Origin: Candidatus Parcubacteria bacterium
GTDB taxonomy: Bacteria > Patescibacteriota > Patescibacteriia > UBA1558 > GWA2-36-10
Length of the DNA stretch: 64,000 nucleotides
Direction of reading: 5' to 3'
Assembly: GCA_018669975.1 (NCBI GenBank)
Contig: JABHSK010000007.1
Location: 390 to 64,389 of the forward strand
Shown: positions 28,302-39,755 of the stretch, in pieces
Layout: the number at the start of each line of letters is the position of its first letter
Position numbering within the stretch: the first letter of the stretch is position 1
The notes under the pieces: generated by a model
Database searches by the model: none
Seen by the model: only the letters and a program-made list of their open reading frames with translations
What the model was told of the DNA's origin: nothing
Program-made: the position numbers and the translations under genes

Positions 28302-29429
28302 TTATTCTATAATAATGTGATCTTTTATTTTAGGCGCTGTAGTTATCCAGTTGGGAAAGAAGTTGACTTGTACATCTTCTACACCAAGTTGCTGGAGGTA
28401 ATCTTTTATGCCAGCCTCATTTAGTCCAATAATTTTTTCTTTGTCTATGTCCCAATAGCGCCCGTCGGAATTGATAGTAGCATTGATTGAGGCCTCAATA
28501 ACCGCGGATTCTTTTTCTAAGTCTATTTCTATAATTTTATAAACAAAATTTTCAGCATCAAGCTTGATTACTGACTGTGATTCTTTAAGTTCTTTGCCAA
28601 ACTTTTCTTGTGAAATTTTATTCAAATCATCAGGAGAAAAAACCACACCGTAGGCTGATACTTTTTGAGTTAGACTTACTTCTTTAGTCTCAGTGCCCAG
28701 TGGAGTAAATTCAATAGTTTCGTATTCTAAAAATAATTGTTCATCTTGAATTTTAAGATTATCAGATAAAATATCATTTACAACTTTGAGTCCTTGCTCC
28801 CTAGCCTGTGTTTCTAGATTTTGTTTAACAGTGTCCAAATTTTCTTGGGTAACTAAGTATTTTGGTACACTTTGTAGTTTCATTCCATCCTTGCTTTCAG
28901 CGTAGACCATTTCCTGTAAACCTTCCCAAAGACCAGGAATGATAAATGTTGTAGCTTCGATTACAAATTGTTCTCCTTCTTGATCAGCTTCAGCCCAAAC
29001 TTCTGCTTGTCCACCAACTGGAATCTCAACTCTGTCAGCGATGCGGTATAGTTTGTTATCAGAAGTTAATAGGCGAGTAGTAGCTATTAGAACTTGGTCG
29101 CGGGAATAATTATTGTAAATAGTGACATAACCACCAGCTTTAGTGCTAGGCACTTCTTCTTGGTTGCTAGCCGTGGTGGTATTTAATTCAAATTCAACAG
29201 AAATTATTTTCCCTAATAGTATATCTGAAGACATTTCTTCAGTATTTTCAGATTGCATTTCTACTAGCACACTAGCTTGTTTTTCTTCTAGTACACTGTT
29301 TATGGTGATGGTTACTTTGGATAAAGCAAAATGTAGAATAACAAAAATGGCAACGATAGTTAGGAATAGAAAAAACCCGACTATTTTTACATATACATTA
29401 CCTTTGTTTGGTTTAGTTCTTTTTGTCAT
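28302..29429 (-). CDS. Membrane-anchored protein with baseplate J-like domain
   Basis: N-terminal TM; KAGGYVTIYNNYS..Q.LIATTRL; IIPGL. Confidence 0.6.
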   Translation of the reverse strand: MTKRTKPNKGNVYVKIVGFFLFLTIVAIFVILHFALSKVTITINSVLEEKQASVLVEMQSENTEEMSSDILLGKIISVEFELNTTTASNQEEVPSTKAGGYVTIYNNYSRDQVLIATTRLLTSDNKLYRIADRVEIPVGGQAEVWAEADQEGEQFVIEATTFIIPGLWEGLQEMVYAESKDGMKLQSVPKYLVTQENLDTVKQNLETQAREQGLKVVNDILSDNLKIQDEQLFLEYETIEFTPLGTETKEVSLTQKVSAYGVVFSPDDLNKISQEKFGKELKESQSVIKLDAENFVYKIIEIDLEKESAVIEASINATINSDGRYWDIDKEKIIGLNEAGIKDYLQQLGVEDVQVNFFPNWITTAPKIKDHIIIE

Positions 29430-29476
29430 GATATTTTTTAATACTATTATATTATACCAAAAATATTTAAGCAGCG

Positions 29477-32400
29477 CTATTTATTTTCTAGGCGCCAGGC
29501 TGATTGATCAAGGAATTCAACTATTTCTTCCTGGAGTTGTTGATCTGGTAATACTTTTAGATTTGTTTTTATTTTTCTAACTTTGCCGTTATGTATTTCT
29601 AAGTAAACAGAAGTCTTTCCTGGTTTGTTCTCTAGAATTTTTTTTAGATCATCCATCTTATCTTTGGTAAAGCTTCCTGGTAGGATAATCCAAAGTTTTT
29701 TGTTGGAGTGCTTTCCAGCTTTGATATTTTTAATATATTCCTCGGTTATAATTGTAGCCGTTTCAGTTAATATTTTTGGTTGGCCATCTTTTTCAGAGAC
29801 TTTACCCTGCACCATAACCTTGCTCTCATCTTGCCAGATACCAAAGGTTGTTTCTAGTGTTTTAGGGAATACTAGAAGCTCGACACTACCTATAGAGTCA
29901 TCAATGGTAACAAAGAGCATGGCCTTGCCTTTGTGGGTAATTATCTTTTGGATATGGGTAATGGTGCCGGCTACTTTGACGCTAGTGCCTTCTTTATTTT
30001 TTAATCTATTCAAAGGAGTGACTTTGTCTTTTAATAATTGTAAGCACTCCTTAAAAGGGTGACTACTTAAGTATAGACCGATTAACTCTTTTTCCCAGGA
30101 AAGTTTTTGTTCGGACGCTATATCTGGATATTCGTCCAGTTTAAGTGAGAGAACAGCACCAGCCAAAGGTAAGTCAGCAAATAGGTTGTTTTGACCGCTT
30201 TTATGGTCATTTTGTATTTTTTTATTATATTCAATAATAGTGTTGATATTACCCAGTGCCTGACCACGTGATAAGAATGAATCAAAAGCACCAGATTTAA
30301 TCAAACTCTCTAATGATTTTTTATTGAGATCTTTATCTTTAATACGATTGAGGAAATCCTCTAGTGTTTTATAAGGTCCATTATCCTTTCTTTCTTGGAT
30401 AATAACTTTAGCTATATTTTGACCAACATTTTTGATGGCTATCAAGCCGAAGCGTATTTTACCAAGATTTTTAGAATCTTCATTTTCTACTACAGCAAAT
30501 TTACTAAAACTCTCATTTACATCTGGCTGTAGTACCTGGATGCCCATTTTATGGCACTCATTTATTTCAATGGTAATACGATCAATATTATTTTGATCAG
30601 CGCTCATCAATGCTGCCATGAAAGCTTCTGGATAATTAGCTTTGAGGTAAGCAGTTTGATAGGCAATCATAGCGTAGCAAGCAGCGTGGGAACGATTGAA
30701 TCCATAGCGCGCAAAAGGAATGATAAACTGCCAAATTTTTTGGGCTGTTCTTTTGTCTATGCCGTTGTTGACCATACCAGTAACCATGGTTTCTTCTTGC
30801 TCGTTGAGTAATTTTTGTATTTTTTTACCCACAGCTTTACGTAGTACATCAGCTTGTCCATAGGTAAAGCCAGCTAGATCACGGGCAATTCTCATGATTT
30901 GTTCTTGGTAGATAGCGATACCGTAGGTGTTCTTAAGGATCGGCTCTAGCTTGGGGTGTAAATAAGTAACCTGTTTAGTTCCATGTTTACCACCAATAAA
31001 ATCAGGTATAAATTCCATTGGACCAGGACGGTAGAGAGCTACCATAGCAATAATATCTTCTAGTTCGGTTGGTTTAAGTTGTTTGAGATATCTTTTCATA
31101 CCGCCAGACTCTAGCTGAAATACACCAGTAGTGTCTCCTTGTTGGAGCAAATCAAACGTTGCCTTGTCTTCTAAAGGAATGTTATCAAGATCTATTTTTA
31201 CATCTTTGCTAGCCTCAATAATTTTAATAGCTTGTTCCAGGATGGTTAAATTTTTTAAGCCTAAAAAGTCCATTTTGAGCAAGCCTAAATCTTCAACAGG
31301 ATGTAGTGAATATTGGGAGATAATAGTTTTGTCATCACCGCTGGCATATTGCAATGGCGTGTAGTTTGTCAAAGGTTCTTTGGTGATCAATACACCGCAG
31401 GCATGAGTAGAGGAGTGACGAGCTAATCCTTCTAATTTTTTAGACATGTTTAATAATCTTTGTGCCTCAGGATCTTCGTTGTAAACTTTTTTTAATTCTT
31501 CAACAGTTTCTAATGCTTCTCCAAGAGAAGTGAACATAGGAATCAACTTGGCTAGCTGATCACAGTACCCATAGCTATATCCTAATACGCGTCCGACATC
31601 TCTGACGGCAGCTCTAGCGGCCATGGTACCAAAAGTGATAATTTGAGCCACGTGGTCTTTGCCGTACTTATTTTCTACATAGTGTATAACCTCCTCACGG
31701 CGGGTATCAGCAAAATCCAGATCAATATCAGGCATTGATACACGTTCGGGATTGAGAAATCTCTCAAAAAGTAATTCATAGTGGAGAGGGTCGAGGTTGG
31801 TGATGCCAATTAGATAAGATATTAAACTGCCAGCAGCAGAACCACGACCTGGTCCTACTACAATGCCCTGTTCTTTGGCCCAATTAACAAAGTCCTGCAC
31901 AATTAAAAAATAAGCCGCGTAACCAGTTTTTTGAATTACCGATAATTCATAATCTAGGCGTTCACGGATTTCATCGGTCATGTCAACCTCTTCATAGCCA
32001 AATCTTTTTTTAACCCCCTCAATACTTAGTTGATGTAGCTGTTCATCGGCAGTTAGATTATTAGGTAGGTCATAGTCAGGTAATTGAATGACACCTAATT
32101 CAATTTCTACGTTACAGCGGTCAGCTAATTTTTGGGTGTTATCGATAGCTTCTGGGCAGTCAGAAAATAATTGGCGCAACTTCTCCTCACTGTACATAGA
32201 ATAATCTTCACCTAGATAACTCATGCGATCTTTGTCCGTCTGTTTCCGTTTTATTTGAATACAAAGTAATACATCGTGAGCCTGATCATCTTCTGTGTCT
32301 ACATAATGGAGATCGTTGGTAGCTATTAATGGTAGATTAAATTCCTTGGCTAGTTTTTTCATGCCCTCGTTGACTATAGCTTGCTCAGGCATATTTCTAT

Positions 32401-32917
32401 TTTGTAGTTCCAAATAAACATTATCCTTACCAAAGGTGTCCAACATAATTTGGAGGTTGTCTTCAGCAGTTTTAGTTTGATTGGCTTTGATATGTCTAGC
32501 AATTGGTCCAGCGAGACAGGCGGTAGTAGCAATTAGTCCCTCGCTATATTTTTTTAATGTTGGCCAGTCTAGTCTTGGTTTATAATAAAAACCCTCCAAG
32601 TGAGCAATGCTGGTTAACTTGAGAAGGTTTTTGTAGCCAATATTATTTTTGGCTAATAACATTAAGTGATATGGTTTTTCTTTAGGATTTTTATCTTTTA
32701 GAGATCCCTTAGCCACATAAGCTTCAACGCCGATGATTGGTTTGAGACCTGCTTTTTTACATTTTTGATAAAATTCAATTGCACCGTACATAACACCATG
32801 GTCAGTCAATGCTAAAGCAGTAGCTCCTTGTTCTTTGGCGCGGTCTATTAGTTGATCGACGGTTCCTAGGCCATCTAGTAGGCTGTAATGTGAGTGATTA
32901 TGTAGGTGGGCAAACAT
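29477..32917 (-). CDS. dnaE: DNA polymerase III alpha subunit
   Basis: HLHNHSHYSLLDG, GPGRGSAAGS, MPDIDLDF, YGFNRSHAACY. Confidence 0.98.
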   Translation of the reverse strand: MFAHLHNHSHYSLLDGLGTVDQLIDRAKEQGATALALTDHGVMYGAIEFYQKCKKAGLKPIIGVEAYVAKGSLKDKNPKEKPYHLMLLAKNNIGYKNLLKLTSIAHLEGFYYKPRLDWPTLKKYSEGLIATTACLAGPIARHIKANQTKTAEDNLQIMLDTFGKDNVYLELQNRNMPEQAIVNEGMKKLAKEFNLPLIATNDLHYVDTEDDQAHDVLLCIQIKRKQTDKDRMSYLGEDYSMYSEEKLRQLFSDCPEAIDNTQKLADRCNVEIELGVIQLPDYDLPNNLTADEQLHQLSIEGVKKRFGYEEVDMTDEIRERLDYELSVIQKTGYAAYFLIVQDFVNWAKEQGIVVGPGRGSAAGSLISYLIGITNLDPLHYELLFERFLNPERVSMPDIDLDFADTRREEVIHYVENKYGKDHVAQIITFGTMAARAAVRDVGRVLGYSYGYCDQLAKLIPMFTSLGEALETVEELKKVYNEDPEAQRLLNMSKKLEGLARHSSTHACGVLITKEPLTNYTPLQYASGDDKTIISQYSLHPVEDLGLLKMDFLGLKNLTILEQAIKIIEASKDVKIDLDNIPLEDKATFDLLQQGDTTGVFQLESGGMKRYLKQLKPTELEDIIAMVALYRPGPMEFIPDFIGGKHGTKQVTYLHPKLEPILKNTYGIAIYQEQIMRIARDLAGFTYGQADVLRKAVGKKIQKLLNEQEETMVTGMVNNGIDKRTAQKIWQFIIPFARYGFNRSHAACYAMIAYQTAYLKANYPEAFMAALMSADQNNIDRITIEINECHKMGIQVLQPDVNESFSKFAVVENEDSKNLGKIRFGLIAIKNVGQNIAKVIIQERKDNGPYKTLEDFLNRIKDKDLNKKSLESLIKSGAFDSFLSRGQALGNINTIIEYNKKIQNDHKSGQNNLFADLPLAGAVLSLKLDEYPDIASEQKLSWEKELIGLYLSSHPFKECLQLLKDKVTPLNRLKNKEGTSVKVAGTITHIQKIITHKGKAMLFVTIDDSIGSVELLVFPKTLETTFGIWQDESKVMVQGKVSEKDGQPKILTETATIITEEYIKNIKAGKHSNKKLWIILPGSFTKDKMDDLKKILENKPGKTSVYLEIHNGKVRKIKTNLKVLPDQQLQEEIVEFLDQSAWRLENK

Positions 32918-33018
32918 ATTTTTTTAAGATAATAAAACCCGATAACCTTTGACAATTAAAATAGATGTATCGGGACCAGACCCGTTAAGTGCGATTTTTT
33001 AACAGGCTTTTTTTGTTT

Positions 33019-33327
33019 TTATTTTTCCTCGTTGGTCTTAGTCGTTTTTTTACGGCTAGCAGACCTTTTTTTTTGTACTTTTTTGGTGAATTCTTGTCCA
33101 GCTTTAGTCAATACAGTTAGAAAAGCAGCCGCATTGCCAGCTTTACTTTTGAAAGTAGATATTCCTTCGTTTACATTATCAGCGATATTTTTTACAATAC
33201 TAATAGTGTCATTAACTCCCTTGAGTGTTCGGCCAACTTGGTATAAGATCCAAGAAAACCATAAAGCCACCCATAATACAGAAAAGCCTATTAGTAGGTT
33301 TAAAACATCTTTAGAAGTTTCTAACAT
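33019..33327 (-). CDS. Small membrane protein
   Basis: N-terminal TM plus amphipathic helix. Confidence 0.65.
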   Translation of the reverse strand: MLETSKDVLNLLIGFSVLWVALWFSWILYQVGRTLKGVNDTISIVKNIADNVNEGISTFKSKAGNAAAFLTVLTKAGQEFTKKVQKKRSASRKKTTKTNEEK

Positions 33328-33428
33328 TTATTTTTGTTTTAATGTTTAAGTTGCTCTAATTATAACACAATGATCTTTGTCTTGCCAAATATTGGATTTA
33401 TTGTGCTAATTATTGTATAATATAATAT

Positions 33429-34325
33429 ATGAATGATTATAAACCACTTACAACGAAAGAATTAGAAAGAGGATATTTCTTCCTAACGCATAAAGGTGCT
33501 CTTAGAAAAATGTTATTCGGAGCTGGTATTTTTGTGGTAGTGATTGTTTATATTATTTTATTGATCAATGCAATTGGCTTTGTTCAAAAGGCTGGTTGGC
33601 AACATATGGCCATGGGGATAGGACAAGGTTCTAATTGGGCAGCTAGACATGCTCAGGGAGCGCCTATGCCGATTTTGACAAAGAACGTGCAGGCGTTGTC
33701 ATTGGGCGATAGGCGTTATGCTTTAGTGGCTTTTATAGAGAATCCAAATGAGGATTGGGCAGCTCGCAGTTTTAAATATAGATTTGTAGTAGATGGTCAG
33801 GCATTGCCTGAAGAGGAGGCGTTTATGAATCCATCTGTAAATCCCCTAAAGAAAGAGGAGCGGATGCTAATCAAATTTGGCTATGAATCATCTAGGCCAC
33901 CATCTGATGTACGTTTGGATGTGGATGCTTTTCAATGGCGTCGTTATGAAAACGATTCACCAGTGATTAATTGGGATGTTTTAGATATAAGATATTATGC
34001 AGCTAGTCGAGAATCCCTAAATGGCAATGATGTTATAGTGGATCCCCATGTTGATTGGTGGGCACAAAACCTATCACTGTATGATTTATGGGAGGCAAAA
34101 TTTCAAATAGCGTTATTTAATGGAGATAGATTGGTGGGAGTCAATGAAATTTTATCTAAAGATTTTATATCTTTACAAAAAAAAGAATTGGAGGTAATCT
34201 GGTTAAACGACCTGTCGAGGGTTACAACGACTAAAGTTTATCCCGTAGTCAATTGGCTGGATTATGACAATTTCAAAGCTTTGGAATATCAGCCAAGAGG
34301 CGGCGGTTCTAGAGTAGAATTATGA
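33429..34325 (+). CDS. Membrane-anchored hypothetical protein
   Basis: Single TM; overlaps the rodA start. Confidence 0.7.
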   Translation: MNDYKPLTTKELERGYFFLTHKGALRKMLFGAGIFVVVIVYIILLINAIGFVQKAGWQHMAMGIGQGSNWAARHAQGAPMPILTKNVQALSLGDRRYALVAFIENPNEDWAARSFKYRFVVDGQALPEEEAFMNPSVNPLKKEERMLIKFGYESSRPPSDVRLDVDAFQWRRYENDSPVINWDVLDIRYYAASRESLNGNDVIVDPHVDWWAQNLSLYDLWEAKFQIALFNGDRLVGVNEILSKDFISLQKKELEVIWLNDLSRVTTTKVYPVVNWLDYDNFKALEYQPRGGGSRVEL

Positions 34326-35416
34326 AAAGTTTTTTAATTAAATGGCGAAACATAGATTGGTTGTTATTTTTTGCTATCATAATTCTCTTAGTTTTGAGTA
34401 TCAGTATTTTGTATAGCTTGAGCCTTAATTCCGATAGTACTAATTTTTTAGTAGTTAAAAAACAAATAATTTTTTCTATAGTTGGATTAGCTTTATTTTT
34501 TCTAATGTCTAGTATCAATTATAGTATTTGGTCAACTTATAGTAAGTTGATTTTTGTTTTGTTTGTGATTATTTTATTGGGGGTCTTGTTTTTTGGGTCA
34601 GAAGTTAGAGGAACAACAGGTTGGATTGATCTCGGGTTTTTTAGTGTACAACCAGTAGAATTTGCCAAAATTGGTTTGGTTATTTGGTTGGCTAGATATT
34701 TTTCTGATCACGCGGGTGAATTTAGGAACTTTAAACACATTTTGATATCTGGATTTTTTACTTTGGTATTAGTGGGCTTGGTGATGAAACAACCAGACCT
34801 TGGCTCAGCTCTAGTTCTTATGGGAACTTGGATTGTAGTTCTACTTTTTACAGGGATACAAAAAAAACACTTTTTATGGCTATTGGGCACTTTTTTATTA
34901 GTAATTACCTTGAGTTGGTTCTTTGTACTGCAACCCTATCAGCAATCTAGAATATCTATGTTTTTTAATCCTAGTTCAGATCCTCAGGGTGAGGGGTACA
35001 ATGTTATTCAATCAATGGTAGCAGTGGGTTCTGGACAATTTATGGGGCGAGGTTTATCCCTAGGCTCACAGAGTAGTTTGAGGTTTTTACCAGAACCGGG
35101 TACAGATTTTATTTTTGCTGTGATTGCTGAAGATTTAGGTTTGTTAGGTGCTACTTTATTGTTAGGGCTGTTTATGTTTATTTTCTATCGTTTATTTATG
35201 ATTATGCGTAAAAGCCAGGATGACTTTGGTTCGTATTTAATATTAGGGATTGCGGGAATGCTGTTGGTGCAGTTGTTTATAAATATTGGTATGAATATGG
35301 GCATTTCGCCAGTGACTGGCATCCCCTTACCTTTGGTTAGTGCTGGTGGCAGTTCACTTTTAGCAGTAATGATTGCTTTAGGCATAGCTCAGAGTGTGCA
35401 TATTAAAAATAATTGA
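34322..35416 (+). CDS. rodA: Rod shape-determining protein RodA (SEDS family)
   Basis: QPVEFAK, QPDLGS, GYNVIQS..AVGSG, FLPE..TDFIF, PVTGIPLP.VSAGGSS. Confidence 0.92.
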   Translation: MKSFLIKWRNIDWLLFFAIIILLVLSISILYSLSLNSDSTNFLVVKKQIIFSIVGLALFFLMSSINYSIWSTYSKLIFVLFVIILLGVLFFGSEVRGTTGWIDLGFFSVQPVEFAKIGLVIWLARYFSDHAGEFRNFKHILISGFFTLVLVGLVMKQPDLGSALVLMGTWIVVLLFTGIQKKHFLWLLGTFLLVITLSWFFVLQPYQQSRISMFFNPSSDPQGEGYNVIQSMVAVGSGQFMGRGLSLGSQSSLRFLPEPGTDFIFAVIAEDLGLLGATLLLGLFMFIFYRLFMIMRKSQDDFGSYLILGIAGMLLVQLFINIGMNMGISPVTGIPLPLVSAGGSSLLAVMIALGIAQSVHIKNN

Positions 35417-35527
35417 GTCGTGTATTTATAAAAGTTTATTTAGACCTTTTTATGTTTAAGCAGACTTGACTTCTTTGTTATTTTATGATTAAATAGACCT
35501 TGACTTTTTAAATTAATTATCAAAAAT

Positions 35528-36247
35528 ATGTCAGAATTTGTATTAGAAGCAAATCAACGTAAAGTTGACCAACAGAGTAGGTTGACTGAGTTGAGAAACA
35601 ACAGCCGTGTGCCGGGTGTTATTTATGGTTTTGGTAAAGATCAAATAGTGATTGATGTTGAATACAATGCTCTATTAAAGATATTAACTGAGGCCAGCAC
35701 TAGTAATTTGATTAAAATCAAAGTAGGCGGTAAAGAAATCGAAGTTATTGTTCGAGAATATCAACAGGATCCAGTTACTGATAAATTGGTACATGTTGAT
35801 TTTATGGCAACAGATCCTAAACGTGAATTGAACACTGTTGTGTCATTAGAGTTTGTCGGTGTTTCTAAGGCTGTACGTGAGCAAGGTGCTAAACTTGATG
35901 TAAAGAATGAAAAAGTAAATGTCACTTGTTTACCACAAGATTTGCCAGCGAAGATTAGCTTAGATACTAGCGGTTTAAATGAGATTGGTCAGAAGTTACT
36001 CATTTCAGATTTGCAAGTTAGTGATAAGATTAAAATTACCAATGATCCAAATGCGCCGGTAGTCAGTGTTATTATGCCTAAGAAGATTAAGTTAGCTCCT
36101 ATAGTTGAAGCAGGTGTTGAAGGTGCTGAAGGTGCTGAAGGTGTTGAAGGTGTTGAAGGTGTTGAAGGTGCTGAAGGTGCTGAAGGTGTTGAAGGTGTTG
36201 AAGGTGAAGCTAAGCCAGCTGAAGGTGAAGCAAAAAAGGCAGAATAA
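35528..36247 (+). CDS. rplY: 50S ribosomal protein L25/Ctc
   Basis: VPGVIYG, Q.DPVTDKL.HVDF. Confidence 0.93.
   Translation: MSEFVLEANQRKVDQQSRLTELRNNSRVPGVIYGFGKDQIVIDVEYNALLKILTEASTSNLIKIKVGGKEIEVIVREYQQDPVTDKLVHVDFMATDPKRELNTVVSLEFVGVSKAVREQGAKLDVKNEKVNVTCLPQDLPAKISLDTSGLNEIGQKLLISDLQVSDKIKITNDPNAPVVSVIMPKKIKLAPIVEAGVEGAEGAEGVEGVEGVEGAEGAEGVEGVEGEAKPAEGEAKKAE
36114..36204 (+). repeat. 9-bp coding tandem repeat (GAAGGTGYT)n giving an EGA/EGV tail
   Basis: About 10 consecutive units visible. Confidence 0.9.
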
Positions 36248-36260
36248 TTTTTTATTCACA

Positions 36261-37298
36261 ATGTTAACCCATAAATCAAAAATATATTTAGCAATAACTG
36301 TCATTTTTATGGCAGTTATTTTGCTAGCGTTTGGTTTGTTTAATATGTTTAAAGTTGATTTAGGTGCTGACCAGATAGTTGATGATGTGGTTCAACTGGA
36401 TGGTAATCAGCCACGTCATCCTTTGAATGGGCGTGTGTTGATTGATGGTGATGGGGATTTTTTCCCGATAGCAATAATGATAGATAATTCTTATGATATC
36501 AGACCACAACAGGGTCTAGATAAGGCAGATGTAATTTATGAAGCATTGGCCGAAGGAAATATTACTAGATTGATGGCTGTTTTTGATAGTCGTCAGGATG
36601 TTAATAAGATTGGGCCAGTTCGTTCAGCTAGAAAATATTATATGGATTGGGCAGAGGAGTATGGCGGTGTTTATATGCATGTTGGTGGTAGCCCACAGGC
36701 TTTGCAAATTGTCGATACCTATGATTTTGTTAATATAGATCAGATTGGTATTGGAGAGATATATTTTTGGAGAGATAAGGATTTATGGGCACCTCACAAT
36801 GTCTTTACCTCTGATTCTAATTGGTTGAGAGTAGGGGAGATTAAGGAAGTGGATAATATAGATAGTAATGTTATTTGGAATTTTATAACTGTTGATGATG
36901 CCGATATTTCAGATGACAAACCTAAACTTGATTTTAGTCTGAATTTTTCAGGTGCTTACAAGGTAGGTTGGAAATTTAATGACAGATTATTTGTTTATCA
37001 ACGTTGGCAAACTGATGATAAGTTTTTGTATGGTACTGGTGAGCAAGCTATAGCAGATAATATAATTGTTCAAGTCGCGTCAGCACGCATAGTGGATAAC
37101 AAGGAGAGGCGTGACATGGATAATAAGACAAATGGACAAGCTTTTATCTTTAATAAATTAGGCATGACAGAGGGACGGTGGATATATGAGGATAACCGTA
37201 CTAGATTTTTTGATGCCGATGATCAGGAATTTGAATTAGTGCCAGGTAAGACTTGGGTAGAGGTTATTCCTGATTTGCAAGATTTAATTTTAGAATAA
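36261..37298 (+). CDS. DUF3048 family protein
   Basis: AIMIDN, RPQQGL..ADVIYE.LAEGNITR, GPVRSAR.Y, APHN; start reassigned to 36261. Confidence 0.85.
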   Translation: MLTHKSKIYLAITVIFMAVILLAFGLFNMFKVDLGADQIVDDVVQLDGNQPRHPLNGRVLIDGDGDFFPIAIMIDNSYDIRPQQGLDKADVIYEALAEGNITRLMAVFDSRQDVNKIGPVRSARKYYMDWAEEYGGVYMHVGGSPQALQIVDTYDFVNIDQIGIGEIYFWRDKDLWAPHNVFTSDSNWLRVGEIKEVDNIDSNVIWNFITVDDADISDDKPKLDFSLNFSGAYKVGWKFNDRLFVYQRWQTDDKFLYGTGEQAIADNIIVQVASARIVDNKERRDMDNKTNGQAFIFNKLGMTEGRWIYEDNRTRFFDADDQEFELVPGKTWVEVIPDLQDLILE

Positions 37299-37324
37299 AA
37301 ATAAAACTCCGTTAAACGGAGTTT

Positions 37325-38173
37325 TTAGTTTGTAATTTTCACTATTCGTATATGTCCAGCTAGATCTTTGAGTAATTTTATTTTAGCTTTTGGCAATTTG
37401 GCCTTGATGGTTTCTTGGATTAATTCTTTTTGGGATGGATCGATTTCTAATAAGATAATATATTTTTTACTAAGATGTTCAGTGAGTTGTTCTAAAAGTT
37501 TTCTGTAATAGCTTAAGCCATCTGAGCCAGCCAAGAGAGCCACACGAGGCTCTTTTTTGATACTAGGCTCCTTTAATTGTTGAGGTGTTAAATATGGTAA
37601 GTTAGCTATAACAATATCGAATGTTTGGTCTTTTAATTTTTTTAATAGATTTGATTTTATAAATTTAACTTTGTTTTTTAGTCCCAGTTTGCGAGCATTG
37701 GTTTTAGCTATGCGCAGTGCTTTGATTGAGATGTCTACGGCAGTATATTGTGCTTCAGCGTAATTTTTAGCAATAGACAGAATTAAACAGCCACTGCCAG
37801 TACCGACATCTAAAATATTTGCTCGTTTTATTTTAGATTGTTTTAAATACTTTAGAGTTTCTTCAATTATTAACTCACTTTCTGGACGAGGTATTAGTGT
37901 GTGTGGGCTTACTAGAAATTTATAGCCAAAGAATTCTTTATAGCCTTTAAGATATGCTAGAGACCAACCGGCTAAACGTTTTACTACCAAGCTATTAAAT
38001 GTTTTAGCAGTGGAAACAGATATCTTAAATTCCGGATGTTTGTAAATGTATTCAATATTTTTATGCCAAGCCAAAGACAACAACTGGTCTAATTCTGCAG
38101 CTGGTAATTTGCCCGAATACTTTGATAGTAGTTCGCGGGCGTTTATTTTTGTTGAGTTTTGGCGGCTTGCCAT
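37325..38173 (-). CDS. prmC: Release factor glutamine methyltransferase
   Basis: [22 protein letters not shown]. Confidence 0.93.
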   Translation of the reverse strand: MASRQNSTKINARELLSKYSGKLPAAELDQLLSLAWHKNIEYIYKHPEFKISVSTAKTFNSLVVKRLAGWSLAYLKGYKEFFGYKFLVSPHTLIPRPESELIIEETLKYLKQSKIKRANILDVGTGSGCLILSIAKNYAEAQYTAVDISIKALRIAKTNARKLGLKNKVKFIKSNLLKKLKDQTFDIVIANLPYLTPQQLKEPSIKKEPRVALLAGSDGLSYYRKLLEQLTEHLSKKYIILLEIDPSQKELIQETIKAKLPKAKIKLLKDLAGHIRIVKITN

Positions 38174-39198
38174 AATCCTTTGATGACGGGTATTAATTCG
38201 CCATCCATTATGTTATTCAAATTATGTAATGTTAGTTTGATGCGGTGATCGGTTAGACGATCTTGCGGATAATTGTAGGTACGAATTTTTTCACTACGGT
38301 CACCACTGCCAATTTGACTTTTTCTATCAGCAGCGTTTTTAGCATGTTTTTCCTCTTCCAATTTGGCTAGTATACGGGAACGCAAAATGGCCATAGCTTT
38401 TTCTTTATTTTGTCCTTGTGATTTTTCATCTTGGCAGGATACTACAGTATCTGTAGGTAGGTGAGTGATACGTACAGCTGAATAAGTGGTGTTGACCGAT
38501 TGACCACCATGTCCAGAAGCACAAAAAGTATCAATACGAAGATCTTTTGCTTCAATCTGTAAATCTATTTCTTCAGCCTCTGGCATGACAGCTACTGAAG
38601 CAGCACTAGTATGAACTCGGCCAGATTTTTCTGTTTCAGGTACACGTTGCACTCTATGTACGCCGCTTTCATATTTAAAATATTTATAAACATTTTCGCC
38701 AGTAATTTCAGCGATGATTTCCTTGAAGCCATCAATTTCTGTTTTATTGGCAGATAATATTTTTAGTTTAAAGTTTTGGTTTTCAGCAAAACGAGAATAC
38801 ATACGGAAAAGGTCAGCAGCAAATAAAGCTGATTCATCACCGCCAGTTCCAGCTCTGATCTCTAGGATAATATCTTTTTTGTCATTGGGGTCAGCTGGAT
38901 TTACTAGTTCTTCTAATTTTTCTTCATCGTCACGGATTTTTTCTTGCAGAATTAGGACCTCTTCTTCGGTGAGGATAATCATCTCCTCATCAGTTTCAGT
39001 ATTCATTAATTCTCTGAGATGTAATACTTCTTTTTCATTGGTAGTTATAGATTCGGCTAAATCAAAAGCAGACTTGGCATCGTTATACTCCCTACCAAGC
39101 TTTGACATCTTTTTGTTGTCAGAAACTACATCTGGTTTTTGCATCTCAGTTTCTAGTTCGCTGACCTTTTGTTTTAATTTTTGTAAATCAATTTCCAT
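38143..39198 (-). CDS. prfA: Peptide chain release factor 1
   Basis: [37 protein letters not shown]. Confidence 0.96.
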   Translation of the reverse strand: MEIDLQKLKQKVSELETEMQKPDVVSDNKKMSKLGREYNDAKSAFDLAESITTNEKEVLHLRELMNTETDEEMIILTEEEVLILQEKIRDDEEKLEELVNPADPNDKKDIILEIRAGTGGDESALFAADLFRMYSRFAENQNFKLKILSANKTEIDGFKEIIAEITGENVYKYFKYESGVHRVQRVPETEKSGRVHTSAASVAVMPEAEEIDLQIEAKDLRIDTFCASGHGGQSVNTTYSAVRITHLPTDTVVSCQDEKSQGQNKEKAMAILRSRILAKLEEEKHAKNAADRKSQIGSGDRSEKIRTYNYPQDRLTDHRIKLTLHNLNNIMDGELIPVIKGLWQAAKTQQK

Positions 39199-39280
39199 AT
39201 TATTATTTGAATGACACATTCATTATAACAAAAAAACTCCCATTAATACTAATAAGAGTTTTTTGAAAGTTTAAGTATAG

Positions 39281-39658
39281 TTATTTTTTAGCAGCTTTGG
39301 CTTTTTTTGGAGCAGCCTTTTTAGCTGGAGCCTTAGTTTTTGGTTTGCTATTTTCTGCAATCTCTTTCTTGATTTTTTCTTTTTCTTTTTCAATTTTTCT
39401 CTCTGCAGATTTAGCTTTTTTAACAGCCTTACCTTTTCTAGTTTGGCTAGTTTTCTTTTGTAGTTCTTGTATTTTCTTAAATCTATCAACTCTACCGGCA
39501 GTATCGATTAATTTTTCTTTACCAGTATAAAAAGGATGACAGGCTGAACAAATTTCAACTTGTATTTCTTTAATAGTTGAGCCAACAGTCATGGTATTGC
39601 CACAGGCACAGATGATCTTGGCTTCTTTATGATATTCTGGATGTATGTCTTTTTTCAT
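39281..39658 (-). CDS. rpmE: 50S ribosomal protein L31 with Lys/Ala-rich tail
   Basis: [23 protein letters not shown]. Confidence 0.96.
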   Translation of the reverse strand: MKKDIHPEYHKEAKIICACGNTMTVGSTIKEIQVEICSACHPFYTGKEKLIDTAGRVDRFKKIQELQKKTSQTRKGKAVKKAKSAERKIEKEKEKIKKEIAENSKPKTKAPAKKAAPKKAKAAKK

Positions 39659-39755
39659 ATTTTCTTAAATTATTACCCCCACAGAGTAGCAAATTTGCCT
39701 ATTTTAGTCAAGGGTATATAAAAAGCCACCGAATTTCTTCGGGGGCTTTAGCGCA

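Noticed and set aside
28302-29429. Prophage suggested by the baseplate J-like protein
   Set aside because: Isolated among housekeeping genes with no other phage structural genes
36105-36260. VLK-repeat N-terminus of ORF 36105..37298
   Set aside because: Alternate-frame reading of the rplY repeat; the real start is ATG 36261
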